The notes beneath the pieces were generated by a model. That model did no database searches and was not told where the DNA came from. It saw nothing but the letters and a program-made list of their open reading frames with translations. A program made the translations under genes and the position numbers. A stretch of 64,000 nt of DNA from Arcobacteraceae bacterium (GTDB taxonomy: Bacteria; Campylobacterota; Campylobacteria; Campylobacterales; Arcobacteraceae): positions 534,413-598,412 of the forward strand of contig CBDCZH010000015.1 of the NCBI GenBank assembly GCA_965224485.1, in the 5' to 3' direction. Of this stretch, positions 49,581 to 60,757 are shown piece by piece. Position 1 is the first letter of the stretch; the number at the start of each line of letters is the position of its first letter.

Positions 49581-51704
49581 ATGGCACTATATGAAGAGAA
49601 GCCACACACACTTGGGGGCTTAGAACAAGAAGAGATTGATGCCGCTGAAAACATCTCTAATGATCTTGAAGGTCAAAGAACATTTGGAAAAGAACATTAC
49701 GAATTTTGGTTAATTTCAGCAATAGCTCTTTGTTGGACAGTATTTCAATTATATATTGTAGTTGAACCAGTTAACTCAACAATAGCAAGATCAATTCACT
49801 TATCTTTTGCGGTTTTATTATCATTTTTAGTTTTTCCAATGTTAAGAAAACCATTTTTTCTAAAGAAAATCAGATGGTTTGGTTATGCTTTTGCATTAGT
49901 CGGAGTTTTTAGTTCTTCTTATTTAGCAGTTAATTATGAAGCAATAGCTCAAAGACCCGGCGATTATATTCAAGCAGATATTATCATAGCCTTAATTGGT
50001 ATTGTTATTTTACTAGAAACTGGAAGAAGAGTTTTAGGACTAGCCTTATCTATTATTGCAATGGTATTTTTAGCCTACGATTTACTTGGCCCTTATATGC
50101 CAGAACTTATAATTCATAAAGGTGCTTCTTTAAATAAATTAGCAGGTCATATGTTTTTAACAACTGAGGGTATTTTTGGTGTTCCTCTTGGAGTTTCAAC
50201 AGGATTTGTATTTTTATTCGTACTTTTTGGATCACTTTTAGATAAAGCTGGTGCTGGTGAATATTTTATTAACCTTGCATTCTCTTTATTAGGAAAATAT
50301 AGAGGAGGACCAGCTAAAGCATCTGTTGTTGCATCTGGATTTACAGGTATTATGTCTGGATCTTCTATTGCAAATACAGTAACTACTGGAACTTTTACTA
50401 TTCCTTTAATGAAAAGAACAGGTTTTAGCCCTGAGCAAGCAGGTGCAGTTGAAGTCGCCGCCTCAACCAATGGCCAGCTTATGCCACCTGTTATGGGAGC
50501 TGCTGCTTTTATTATTGCTGAGTTCTTAGGTATGTCATATACTGAAGTTATTTATGCTGCTTTTATTCCAGCTTTTGTTTCTTATTTTGCACTATTTTAT
50601 ATAGTTCATTTAGAAGCTTTAAAACTTGGTCTAGTTGGTATGGATAAAAAAGATATTCCACCAAAACTTAAAACATTTTTAAGAGGTATGCATTATTTAA
50701 TTCCTATTTTCTTTCTTATGTATACCCTTATGGTTCTAAGGGAATCTGCTGCTAGTGCTGCTTTTAATGCTGTTATGTTATTAATGTTACTTATGGTTGT
50801 ACAACATCCATTTAGAGCCTTTTTAATAAAAGAAAAAATCACTAAAGATATATTATTATCTGGATTTGTTGATATTTTAGCAGGTATGATAGCAGGGGCT
50901 AGAAATATGATTCCAATTGCAATTGCAACTGCATTAGCTGGTATTGTAGTTGGATCTATTACTTTAACAGGTTTAGGACAAGTCTTATTAGATGTAATTG
51001 AAACACTATCTGGCGGTAATATATTTATTATTTTACTTTTAGCTGCTTTAGTATCACTAATATTAGGAATGGGACTGCCAACAACTGCAAACTATATTGT
51101 AATGGCTTCATTAACAGCTCCTGTAATTATGGAACTATCAATGGATAATGGTTTCTTAATTCCTGCAATTGCAGCTCATTTATTTGTATTTTATTTTGGT
51201 ATTTTAGCTGATGATACTCCTCCAGTAGGACTTGCAGCTTATGCAGCAGCAGGAATAGCAAAAGCTGATCCTATTAAAACAGGTATTCAAGGATTTAAAT
51301 ATGACATTAGAACAGCAATTTTACCATTTATGTTCTTCTTTAATCCAGAGCTATTATTAATCTCAGGAGTAGACCCATTAAATCCAGCAGACTCAAGAGG
51401 TTGGATATGGATTGATAGTCCTATTGAAATTATTGTAATTTTTGTAACTGCATTTATAGGTATGAGTGCTTTTGCTTGTTTTACGCAAGGCTATTTTATT
51501 ACTAAAACAAATATAATTGAAAGATTCTTATTTTTAGGAGTAGTTCCTTTTATGTTCTTACCAAAAATAATGGAAACAGAACTTGGACTTCCTAGTCATT
51601 ATATTTCTTATGGTTTAGGAATAGGTTTATTTGCTTTATTATACTTTATGCAAAAAGCTAAAGGTAAAGCAGTAGCTTTAAGTAAAAACGAAGTAGATAT
51701 GTAA
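49581..51704 (+). CDS. TRAP transporter fused 4TM/12TM permease (TAXI type)
   Basis: EGIFGVPLGVS, GGPAKASV, EVAASTNGQLMPPVMGAAAF, LGMGLPTTANY, DDTPPV. Confidence 0.95.
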   Translation: MALYEEKPHTLGGLEQEEIDAAENISNDLEGQRTFGKEHYEFWLISAIALCWTVFQLYIVVEPVNSTIARSIHLSFAVLLSFLVFPMLRKPFFLKKIRWFGYAFALVGVFSSSYLAVNYEAIAQRPGDYIQADIIIALIGIVILLETGRRVLGLALSIIAMVFLAYDLLGPYMPELIIHKGASLNKLAGHMFLTTEGIFGVPLGVSTGFVFLFVLFGSLLDKAGAGEYFINLAFSLLGKYRGGPAKASVVASGFTGIMSGSSIANTVTTGTFTIPLMKRTGFSPEQAGAVEVAASTNGQLMPPVMGAAAFIIAEFLGMSYTEVIYAAFIPAFVSYFALFYIVHLEALKLGLVGMDKKDIPPKLKTFLRGMHYLIPIFFLMYTLMVLRESAASAAFNAVMLLMLLMVVQHPFRAFLIKEKITKDILLSGFVDILAGMIAGARNMIPIAIATALAGIVVGSITLTGLGQVLLDVIETLSGGNIFIILLLAALVSLILGMGLPTTANYIVMASLTAPVIMELSMDNGFLIPAIAAHLFVFYFGILADDTPPVGLAAYAAAGIAKADPIKTGIQGFKYDIRTAILPFMFFFNPELLLISGVDPLNPADSRGWIWIDSPIEIIVIFVTAFIGMSAFACFTQGYFITKTNIIERFLFLGVVPFMFLPKIMETELGLPSHYISYGLGIGLFALLYFMQKAKGKAVALSKNEVDM

Positions 51705-51726
51705 AAAGGGATTAAACCCTTTTTAC
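51701..51726. terminator. Bidirectional terminator between convergent genes
   Basis: GTAAAAAGGG-ATTAAA-CCCTTTTTAC. Confidence 0.7.
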
Positions 51727-51752
51727 TGTTTATTTTAGACACGTTAAAACTC

Positions 51753-52469
51753 TTATAATAGTTGGTTTATAATATAACCCTTACCTTTATAAGAGACTAT
51801 AAAATCATTTTCTTTTAACTTATCTTTTAATCTTTTCATAACTGTTCTAAATGCAGAATCATTTGTATTCTCATCATCCCAAACTTCTTTTTTAAATAAA
51901 GTAACAGGAACAACTTCTCCTATATTTGTTATAAGTACTTTTAGAATTTGAGCTTCTTTATTTGATAACTTAATTAAAACATCTTTTTTATATAAAATAT
52001 CCTTAGAAATCTTATATGAATAAATTTTATTTAATTTTATAATATCATCTAAAGAAGTTTTCATATTTTTAGACTTATAATCAAAAAGAACTTCTTCTTT
52101 AGCTTTTTTTAACATTTCCATCATATTATCAATATTTAAAGGTTTAACAAAATAACCTAATACTCGTAAATTGATTAGTTTTAGCAAATCTTCTTCTTCT
52201 TTAAAAGCAGAAACAATAATAAATCTTTGATCTTTTTTAAGTTCTAACATTTCATCAATCATTTTCATACCATCTTTATTTGGCATTTTAATATCTGTTA
52301 AAACTAAATCAAAACCTCTTTGTAAATCATTTTTAAAAAAATCAATTCCTTCTTGTCCATCGCAGGCAATTTCAACTTCATCAAAAATAGTATTTAAGTA
52401 AAACCCTAATGTTTTTCTTGCTAATTCTTCATCTTCAACTAATAAAACTCTCGTTTTATACTCACTCAT
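51753..52469 (-). CDS. OmpR-family response regulator
   Basis: VLLVEDE, LTDIKMP..DG, VKP, C-terminal wHTH (GKGY); start placed after AGGA. Confidence 0.92.
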   Translation of the reverse strand: MSEYKTRVLLVEDEELARKTLGFYLNTIFDEVEIACDGQEGIDFFKNDLQRGFDLVLTDIKMPNKDGMKMIDEMLELKKDQRFIIVSAFKEEEDLLKLINLRVLGYFVKPLNIDNMMEMLKKAKEEVLFDYKSKNMKTSLDDIIKLNKIYSYKISKDILYKKDVLIKLSNKEAQILKVLITNIGEVVPVTLFKKEVWDDENTNDSAFRTVMKRLKDKLKENDFIVSYKGKGYIINQLL

Positions 52470-52506
52470 AACCAAATCCTTTTTAAAGAAGTTATTTATT
52501 ATATTA

Positions 52507-55053
52507 TTAAAGTGATAATATTATAGTAAAAATCACACCATCTTCTTCATTTTTAGCACTAATAGAACCTAACATATTTTTTTCAATAATAGTTTTAGAC
52601 ATATAAAGACCAATACCAGTACCTCTATTCTCAAACTTTGTTGTGTAATAAGGTTCAAACATTCGCTCTTCTACTTCTTCATTTATATTACCACAATTAT
52701 TTTTTATTAATATATATACATTTTGTTCTTTTTTAAAAATATCTATTATAACTTTTGGTTTAAAATTTTGCTCTTTTAGTTTTATTACAGCAGCATCATA
52801 AGCATTATTTAAAATATTTACTAGAACTTGTTGAAACTCATTTTTATAATTGTAAATTTTTATATTTTTTGAATTAATTTCTAGGCTTATATTACTTTTT
52901 TCAAAAGGAGTAGAAAGAATCTTAGAAGCTTCTAGTACTGATTGTTTTATATCAAAATCTACTTTATCTTTATTTGCTTGATAAAAATTTCTAAAATCAT
53001 CAATTGTTTGAGACATAAAATCTATTTGTAACTTTGCTTGGGCAATAGTTTCTCTTAATTCATCTTCTTTAAAGTTTTTAAAATTATCTCTTATATAATG
53101 AATAAGGAGATTCGTATTATTTAATGGCTGTCTCCATTGATGAGCAATATTTCCTATCATTTCACCCATAGAAGCAAGTTTATTTTGTTGAACTAATAAT
53201 CTATCTTTTTCTCTATTTTTTTCAACTTCTTTTTTAATTTTATCTTTTAAATCTTGCTCATTTAATTTCATTTTTGTTACATCTGTTAAATATCCATATA
53301 AATGACTTACACTACCAAAATGATCTTTTAATAAAATCGTTCTATTTGCAATCCATCTTATTGTTTTATCTTTTTTGTATATTCTATATGTAAGAAAAAA
53401 AGAGTTGATATTATTTTTTAAAGCATCTTGGATTTTATTCTGTAATAGAATCTTATCTTCTTGATGAACTATATTAATATAAGACTTTATTTCATTTGGT
53501 AAATAACCATAAGAACTTATAGAATCACTTAAATACTCTATTTCTAAGTTATCATTATTTCTATACTTAAATAAAACCATACTTCCTACTTTTACTAAAG
53601 ACTCCATATCTTTAAGCTCTTGGGACAGTCTTTTTTTATCATCTATATCCATAGACATCATAATCATACGTCTTGCTATATTTTCTTTGTTTTTAAAGAC
53701 CTTTCCCCGTGCAAGAATCCATTTGTATTGATTGTTTTTAGCTTTAATCCTATATTCACAAATAAAATTACTAATAGTTCCATTTAAATGTGCATCTAAA
53801 CTCTTTTTTACTAAAGCTTTATCTTCTTCATGAATTAAGTCAAACCAAGCATCAAAGGTTTCAATTTCGCCTTTTTTATAAGAAAACATATTAAGCCATG
53901 GTTTTGAAAAATAAATTTTATTTGATTCAAAATCAACATCCCAAAATCCATCATTTGAGGCTATAATTGCGAGTTCATATCTATCTCTCCACTCTTTATA
54001 AAGTTTATTTTTTAAACTTAATCGATGGTTATATTTTTCAAAGATTTTTGTAATATATTTTGAAAAAAGAATTATTAATACAATTAAAAATAAAGAAATC
54101 AAAAAGATTAGAGTAAAAGCAGAAATATTCTTTTGTCTATATTCTTCTTTTATAAGTTTTATTTCATTTTTTAAGGTTTTTGATTTATTTAAAACAACTA
54201 AATATTGATATTTTTTAAAATCGTATACTTCTGCTAGTTTATGGATTTTTTTATTTTCATACATTTTTATAAGTTCATTCTTATCTTTTAAATCACTTAT
54301 CATAGTTTTAAATTTTTGATTATGGTAATTATAAACATACTTGTTTAAATAATCATAAAACCAGTAATACCCTTCAATTGACCTACTTTTTAAAGAAATA
54401 GTATTTAATATAGTATTTTTAGTAAGATATTTTATATCATCAACTTTTGAGAAAACTCCAACATAAATATCTTTATTATCTATACTTTCAAAATATGATA
54501 AACGTATTTTTCTTTTATCATTATCAATCCAATATTGTAAGTTTTCTTTTCCTATAAAGTATATATTTTTGAGAATATTTTTTCTAAATTTATTAGTTTG
54601 AATATTGGAATTAGTTAAAGCTTGTAAGTTATGAATAATATCTTTACCGTGATATAACTTATATGTCTTAGTATTAAAAACAACAAACTCAACATCTTTT
54701 TTCTTTTTAAAATTTTCTATATTTTTTAGTAATTCAGTAAGAGATTGTTTATTCTTATGCTTAGCATTTAGATAACCTTTAAGCTCATATATTGTTCTTC
54801 TTAAAAGTATTTCTACCTTGTCAAAACTAGCATGAGAATCACTGTTAACATCATTTACATAAGTTTGTAAAATATCTTTTTTTAAAAATTCTTCTTTTTG
54901 AATAATTAAATCAATTTTTGAATTTTCTTTATTTTCTAAAATAGTTGTTGTTATAATTATAGCAATGAAAGAGAAAATTATTATAAAAATAGGAGGAGTA
55001 TATATTAAAAAATTTTCAATATCTTTTAATGTATTAAACTTTCTTTTAAACAT
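52507..55053 (-). CDS. Sensor histidine kinase (periplasmic sensor, two PAS domains)
   Basis: Two TMs, PAS motifs (DGFWD, IHEED, CEYR, W..ARG), H-box IAHQWRQPL, GTGIGLY; ATG overlaps the truA stop. Confidence 0.92.
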   Translation of the reverse strand: MFKRKFNTLKDIENFLIYTPPIFIIIFSFIAIIITTTILENKENSKIDLIIQKEEFLKKDILQTYVNDVNSDSHASFDKVEILLRRTIYELKGYLNAKHKNKQSLTELLKNIENFKKKKDVEFVVFNTKTYKLYHGKDIIHNLQALTNSNIQTNKFRKNILKNIYFIGKENLQYWIDNDKRKIRLSYFESIDNKDIYVGVFSKVDDIKYLTKNTILNTISLKSRSIEGYYWFYDYLNKYVYNYHNQKFKTMISDLKDKNELIKMYENKKIHKLAEVYDFKKYQYLVVLNKSKTLKNEIKLIKEEYRQKNISAFTLIFLISLFLIVLIILFSKYITKIFEKYNHRLSLKNKLYKEWRDRYELAIIASNDGFWDVDFESNKIYFSKPWLNMFSYKKGEIETFDAWFDLIHEEDKALVKKSLDAHLNGTISNFICEYRIKAKNNQYKWILARGKVFKNKENIARRMIMMSMDIDDKKRLSQELKDMESLVKVGSMVLFKYRNNDNLEIEYLSDSISSYGYLPNEIKSYINIVHQEDKILLQNKIQDALKNNINSFFLTYRIYKKDKTIRWIANRTILLKDHFGSVSHLYGYLTDVTKMKLNEQDLKDKIKKEVEKNREKDRLLVQQNKLASMGEMIGNIAHQWRQPLNNTNLLIHYIRDNFKNFKEDELRETIAQAKLQIDFMSQTIDDFRNFYQANKDKVDFDIKQSVLEASKILSTPFEKSNISLEINSKNIKIYNYKNEFQQVLVNILNNAYDAAVIKLKEQNFKPKVIIDIFKKEQNVYILIKNNCGNINEEVEERMFEPYYTTKFENRGTGIGLYMSKTIIEKNMLGSISAKNEEDGVIFTIILSL

Positions 55054-55775
55054 TAGTATAAAACCTTTGATAAATACAAACCATAAGCACAAGCTGGTTT
55101 ATTAAATACTTTTATTTTTTTATCAAGTTGAGCTTTTAAATCATCTTTACTTAATTTTTTGGAAGATATTTCAAGTAAAAATCCAACCATTAGTCTTATT
55201 TGAGAACGTAAATATGAGTTGGCTTTAAAGGTGAAAACATATATATCTTTATATTTATAGAACCTTGCATCATAAATCTCTCTTATTAAATTCTCCTTTT
55301 CACTTCCTTTTTTATAAAAAAATTCAAAATCATGAATTCCAATAAATACTTTTATAGCTTCACTTATTAGTTTTTCATCAATTTGTTTTACAGTATGTAT
55401 ATACTTAGCAGTAAAAGGAAGAGCTTCTTTGCTTGAAATAATATATCTATAAACTCTTTTTTTAGCATGAAATCTTGCATGAAAAGAAGAAGAAACTTCT
55501 TCTATCTTATGTACTCTTATTGAATAAGGTAACATTTCATTTAAAATTTTTTTTAACTTTACAAGATCTTTAAAATATGAAGGCAGAACCATATTAAAAA
55601 CTTGCCCACTCGCATGAACATCTTTATCTGTTCTTCCGCTTAGAGTTATTTTTGCTTGTATATTTAATAAGCTAAATATTTCTATTAACTTATCTTCAAC
55701 AGTTTCTTTATTTTTTTGTCTTTGAGAACCTTTAAAACAAGTACCATCATACGATATAGTAAATTTAGCATTCAT
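55053..55775 (-). CDS. truA: tRNA pseudouridine(38-40) synthase TruA
   Basis: YDGT.F.G.Q.Q, SGRTDKDVHA, FHARF, G.HDF, GLYL..V.Y. Confidence 0.96.
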   Translation of the reverse strand: MNAKFTISYDGTCFKGSQRQKNKETVEDKLIEIFSLLNIQAKITLSGRTDKDVHASGQVFNMVLPSYFKDLVKLKKILNEMLPYSIRVHKIEEVSSSFHARFHAKKRVYRYIISSKEALPFTAKYIHTVKQIDEKLISEAIKVFIGIHDFEFFYKKGSEKENLIREIYDARFYKYKDIYVFTFKANSYLRSQIRLMVGFLLEISSKKLSKDDLKAQLDKKIKVFNKPACAYGLYLSKVLY

Positions 55776-56792
55776 CTAATATACTTTAGAAACTTTATAC
55801 TTATAAAAAATATATGTTAAAAAGAACCACAAAGAAGGCAAAATATAAAAAGAATTAAATAATAGTTTCTTTGCAATAAAATCTGCAAGAACATAATAGA
55901 AAACTACAGAAACAATAGCATAAGAAACTGCTTTATTTTTTTCATATCTAGGATTATAATATGCAAATGCTATTACTAAAAATAAAGAAATTAAAGGGAA
56001 AATAGAGACTAAAACATAAAAAACAAATTTTGTCATATCTGAACCAGTTTCAAATCTATTTTTCCAATAATTATAAGCATTACTATATGAATACTCTTCT
56101 TTTTTTGACAAAGAGTCATTAATACTCATCGAAATAAAATTAATCTGATGTACTTTCTTTTCACTCATAAGAAAAGATTTTCCGTTATTTAAAACAAAAC
56201 TCAAATCACCTTTTTCGTTTTTCAATACTGCATTTTTAGCTAGAATAAACTGGTCAGAATTATTTTGTGTTTTAAAAAGTTTGACATCTTTATATACATT
56301 GTCTTTTTTCTCTTCAATGTAAATTAACCAAGAACCAAATTTCTGCCCAAACTCTGAAGACTTTATATTGAAATTAGCTTCTTTAGTTTTTTGATCTAAA
56401 AATGTATCTGTTAAATATTTTGCTTTTGGAATTAAAGATACTGATACAACTAATAAAAGAAGAGATACGATAAAAGTAATAGGTAGAAATATTTTTAATA
56501 TTTTTATTGGGTTTAAACCAAAAGAAGTAATAACAATTAGTTCATACTCGCTTGAGAGTTTAGTTAAAGAGATCACAAGTGAAATAAAAAATGAAACAGG
56601 AAGAGTAAAAAATATTATATTTGGAATTACATATGAAAACATTTTTAATAACTCAAAGAAACTCATTGTTATAACAGAAGTTAATGAAGCAATTTTAACT
56701 AAAAAAATAATTGATGTAATAAAAAATAGTCCTAAGAAAATAGGAAAAAATGTAAGAGAGAGCTGGGAGTGTAAATATTGTTTTAACTTCAA
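55776..56792 (-). CDS. lptF: LptF/LptG family LPS export permease
   Basis: Six TMs, TLPVSFF, KLSSEYEL....SFG.P; position between prepilin peptidase and truA. Confidence 0.85.
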   Translation of the reverse strand: MKLKQYLHSQLSLTFFPIFLGLFFITSIIFLVKIASLTSVITMSFFELLKMFSYVIPNIIFFTLPVSFFISLVISLTKLSSEYELIVITSFGLNPIKILKIFLPITFIVSLLLLVVSVSLIPKAKYLTDTFLDQKTKEANFNIKSSEFGQKFGSWLIYIEEKKDNVYKDVKLFKTQNNSDQFILAKNAVLKNEKGDLSFVLNNGKSFLMSEKKVHQINFISMSINDSLSKKEEYSYSNAYNYWKNRFETGSDMTKFVFYVLVSIFPLISLFLVIAFAYYNPRYEKNKAVSYAIVSVVFYYVLADFIAKKLLFNSFYILPSLWFFLTYIFYKYKVSKVY

Positions 56793-57556
56793 GAAAGAAC
56801 CTTTGATATTTCAAAAAGATACTCTAAACTAAGTCCTAATAATAAATAAGGAATAAAAGGTATCTCTAAATTTTTGTTTTTATAAACAAGTGTTAGTATT
56901 ATAGCAAAAACTGAAGTTAAAAAGATTGCAAATACACCACCTTGTAATCCTAATAATACTGCCATACTAGCAATAATTGGAATATCACCTTCCCCTAATG
57001 CTTTTTGCCCTTTTAAACTATCATTTTTTAGATATTTTGCTTTTATATTTTGTATATAAAAACTTATAAAAAAGTTTAATAAAACAAAAGCACCTGAGAA
57101 AAGAAAAGCATTCTGCAAAGAATCAAAAAAAGTAAAAGGACTAGCAAAAAAGGATAGAACTAAAACAATTAGTAAGAGATAATCAGGAACTGCTTTATAT
57201 TTAATATCAATAAAAGCTAAAACAATTAAAAGATAAAAAAGTATTATATTAAGAATAAAAGCTAAGGAAAATCCTAATTTTTCATATAAAAATAGTGCAA
57301 ATACAATAGCTATAAGTTCTACAAAAAAATAAGTATAAGAGATACTCTTTTTACAAGAAAAACATTTAGCCCTCAAAAAAACAAAAGAAAATATTGGTAT
57401 ATTATAATACCAAGGAATTTTACTTTTACATTTTGGGCAGAAAGATCTAGGAGAGATAATTGAGATATTTTTTGGTAATCTATAAATTAGAACATTTAAA
57501 AAAGAGCCAAAACAAATAGCAAAGATAGAAACAAATATATATTCAAAGAGCTCCAA
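56789..57556 (-). CDS. A24 prepilin peptidase
   Basis: GSFLNVLIYRLP, SFCPKC, AKCFSC, FIDI, LGEGD. Confidence 0.93.
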   Translation of the reverse strand: MELFEYIFVSIFAICFGSFLNVLIYRLPKNISIISPRSFCPKCKSKIPWYYNIPIFSFVFLRAKCFSCKKSISYTYFFVELIAIVFALFLYEKLGFSLAFILNIILFYLLIVLAFIDIKYKAVPDYLLLIVLVLSFFASPFTFFDSLQNAFLFSGAFVLLNFFISFYIQNIKAKYLKNDSLKGQKALGEGDIPIIASMAVLLGLQGGVFAIFLTSVFAIILTLVYKNKNLEIPFIPYLLLGLSLEYLFEISKVLS

Positions 57557-58229
57557 AACGTCTCTGTCTTTGTTTATAATCTAATAAAATGTCATCTAAA
57601 TTATTAGATTTAAATTCAGGCCAATAAGCACTTAAAAAAAACATTTCAGCATAAGCACACTGCCAAAGCAAATAATTAGATAACCTAACTTCTCCTGATG
57701 TTCTTAGTAAAAGATCTACATCTGGCATAAAAGATGTATCTAAGCTGGAATTTATACTTTCTTCATTTATTTCAAGTTTCTGCTCATTTAATTTTTTCAC
57801 TGCTCTTACAATTTCATCACGTGAACCGTAATTTAAAGCTAGAACTTGAGTTAATCCTTTGCAATCTTTTGTTTTCTCTTGAGTATAATAAATTATTTTT
57901 TGTAAAGATTTTGAAAACTTTCTTATATCACCAATAGCTTTAAATCTTACATCATTTTTTAAATAAATATCTAATTCTTTTTTTAAATATCTTTCTAAAA
58001 GTTTCATCAAAAATTCAACTTCAAGTTTTGGTCTATTCCAATTTTCTGTTGAAAAGGCATATAAGGTTAGATATTTTATTCCTAAATCATTACAGTGAAT
58101 TGTAATTTCTCTAACTCTTTTAGCACCTTCTTCATGACCTAAAGCTCTAGTTAAACCTTTTTGTTTAGCCCATCTTCCATTTCCATCCATAATAATAGCA
58201 AGATGAATAGGTAAAGAATTATTTTGCAT
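57543..58229 (-). CDS. uppS: Undecaprenyl diphosphate synthase
   Basis: HLAIIMDGNGRWA, YAFSTENWNRP, RTSGEVRLSNYLLWQ, RRFG. Confidence 0.97.
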   Translation of the reverse strand: MQNNSLPIHLAIIMDGNGRWAKQKGLTRALGHEEGAKRVREITIHCNDLGIKYLTLYAFSTENWNRPKLEVEFLMKLLERYLKKELDIYLKNDVRFKAIGDIRKFSKSLQKIIYYTQEKTKDCKGLTQVLALNYGSRDEIVRAVKKLNEQKLEINEESINSSLDTSFMPDVDLLLRTSGEVRLSNYLLWQCAYAEMFFLSAYWPEFKSNNLDDILLDYKQRQRRFGAL

Positions 58230-59440
58230 TAAAAAAATTCTTTTTTCAAATTATCTAAAAGTTCAAAAGAGATATCAATTTTTTTGCCCTTTGTTTTAAA
58301 AGTGCTATTCTTTGTTAATAAATTTATTACATTTGAGTCTGAACCAAAAGTATTAGTTTCATCTATTATATTTAAACATACAGCATCAAGATTTTTAATT
58401 TCTAACATCTTTAAAGCATTATTTAAAGCTACTTTAGAATCCGTTTCAGCTTTAAACCCAATATTTATAAAATTATCTTTATCAAGAGAGTTTAAGATAT
58501 CAGTATTTTGTTCTAACTTTAAATCCCAAGTTTTTCCAAGATTTTCTTTTTTTAGCTTACCTTTTTTAACATCTTTACTAGAATAATCACTTACAGCTGC
58601 TACCATAAATAGATATGGTTTTTTTTTCAAAGAGCACTCATGCATTACAGATCTTAATTCTTCATACATATCTTCAGCAGAGTCAACAAAAAAACATTTT
58701 ATTTTTTTTGGTAGCTCTTTTGTATCTTTTGTACTAACTAAGAATACTTTCGCACCTTTAATATATAAAGCAAGAGCTAAAGAGTTTGCCATTTTACCAG
58801 ATGAAAAGTTTGAAATATATCTAATATCATCAATTTTTTCTCTTGTACCTCCTGCACTTAGAACAACATTTCTATTTGTCCAATACTTATCTTTTAAAAG
58901 TTCTCTTGCTGTTACATAAAATATATCTTCAATTTCAATCATAGCCCCAGAACCTACATCTCTACAAGCAAGTTCTTTTGAAATTGGTTCAAGAATTTTG
59001 TAATTACAAAGTTTTAATGTTTTTAAATTCATTTTAGTAATTGCATTATATATCATATTAGTATTCGCAGCCAGTGCTAAAAGTTTAGTTTTTGGGTAAG
59101 CTATTAAAGCTTGAGATAAAATATTATCACTAATTCCAGAAGCAATTTTATTTAAAGTATTTACACTACAAGGAGCAATAACAAAAATATCAGCCCATTT
59201 TCCTATTGCTATGTGATTATAATGTGAGTTTTTATCCCAACACTCATTTGTATCATCTAAAACTTTACTTTGAGAAATTGCTTCAAAACTTAAAACTGTA
59301 ATAAATTTTTTAGAAGACTCTGTCATAATAATTTTTACATTTGCCCCTGCTTTTACATAAAGTCTAATAAGTTCTAAACTTTTATAAATAGCAATTGATC
59401 CAGTTACACCAACTAGTATATTTTTATTTTTTAATAACAT
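58229..59440 (-). CDS. coaBC: Phosphopantothenoylcysteine decarboxylase/ligase
   Basis: GVTGSIAIYK, LACRDVG.G, RYISNFSSGKMA, AAVSDY, GFKAET. Confidence 0.96.
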   Translation of the reverse strand: MLLKNKNILVGVTGSIAIYKSLELIRLYVKAGANVKIIMTESSKKFITVLSFEAISQSKVLDDTNECWDKNSHYNHIAIGKWADIFVIAPCSVNTLNKIASGISDNILSQALIAYPKTKLLALAANTNMIYNAITKMNLKTLKLCNYKILEPISKELACRDVGSGAMIEIEDIFYVTARELLKDKYWTNRNVVLSAGGTREKIDDIRYISNFSSGKMANSLALALYIKGAKVFLVSTKDTKELPKKIKCFFVDSAEDMYEELRSVMHECSLKKKPYLFMVAAVSDYSSKDVKKGKLKKENLGKTWDLKLEQNTDILNSLDKDNFINIGFKAETDSKVALNNALKMLEIKNLDAVCLNIIDETNTFGSDSNVINLLTKNSTFKTKGKKIDISFELLDNLKKEFF

Positions 59441-60747
59441 CTATTTTTCTTTTTTAAAAAATTTATAAAAAAAGCCAGCAACAGTTTTAAGCTTCGCTCT
59501 TGTTATTACTAATTCACCCGATTTTACATCAGAACTTATAGTACTTCCTGCTGCTATCATACAGTTATCTTCAAGTTTAATAGGAGCTATTAATTGTGTA
59601 TCTGAACCTATAAAAACATTTTTACCTATAATAGTTTTATATTTATTCTTACCATCATAATTACAAGTAATAGTTCCACAACCAATATTAGTCCCACTTT
59701 GTATTTCACAATCACCTAAATAAGATAGATGCCCTGCTTTAACACCATCTAAATGGGCTTTTTTTGTTTCAACAAAATTACCTATATGAGTATCTTTTAT
59801 ATATGAACCAGGTCGTATTCTTGCCATTGGCCCAGCACTTGAATTTGTAACAACAGAGTCTTCTATGATAGAATTTGTTTTTATAATGGAGTTAATTATT
59901 TTAGAGTTTCCTAAAAGAGTAACTCCATTTTCAAGTATACTCTCACCTTGTATTTGAACATCTTCTTCTATATAAATAGTAGAAGGAAGTCTCATAATAA
60001 CTCCAGCTTTTAAGAATTCATTTTTTATTCTATTTTGATGTATAACTTCTGAATCTGCTAATTCAAGTTTTGAATTAACCCCTTTAAAGTTCTCAACACT
60101 AACAAATAAAGGTCTTACAAGTTTGTTTTGTTTAATTGCTAGTTCAACTAAATCGGTAATATAATACTCACTTTGAGCATTTTTATTTGACAATCTAGCT
60201 AAGTTTTCTAATAAAAAATTTGTTTGAAATTGATAAATTCCAGCATTTGCATGAGTTATTTTTAGTTCAAGATCTGAAGCATCTTTTTGCTCAACTATTT
60301 TTTGAATTTTATCATCTTTAATTATAACTCGTCCATAACCACTTGCATCAGAAAGTTCTAATACAGACATAACAATACTAGCTTCAAGATTAAATTTTTT
60401 AAGTTCTTGGGCTTGAATTAAAGGCATATCACCGTTTAATACTAGAGTTTTTTCATATCTTGGTTTAATACCATACCATTACTGCCCCCACCAGTTCCTG
60501 GATAATTTTTATGATCTTGTATTGCAAAAGTGATATTTTCTAAAGGAAAGTATTCTTCTATAGTTTTTTGCACTAAAGAAGCTTGATGGTATAAAACAAT
60601 GATAATATCATCACTTAAAACAAGAGCTTCTTTAACAGAATAATAAAGCATTGATTTACCTGAAATTTTATGCAAAACTTTTGCAAGTTTTGATTTCATT
60701 CTTGTTCCAGCACCTGCTGCTAGTATAATTACAGATATTTTATTCAT
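59441..60747 (-). CDS. glmU: Bifunctional GlmU, split by indels near 60465-60490 (probably sequencing error)
   Basis: [16 protein letters not shown] in ORF 60442..60747; LNGDMPL, EYYITD, GNFVE, HLSYLGD, TCNYDG in the other frame. Confidence 0.93.
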
Positions 60748-60757
60748 TATTGTCCTA

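Noticed and set aside
59441..60747. glmU as a pseudogene or programmed frameshift
   Set aside because: Normally essential gene; indel pattern and neighbouring breaks fit sequencing error
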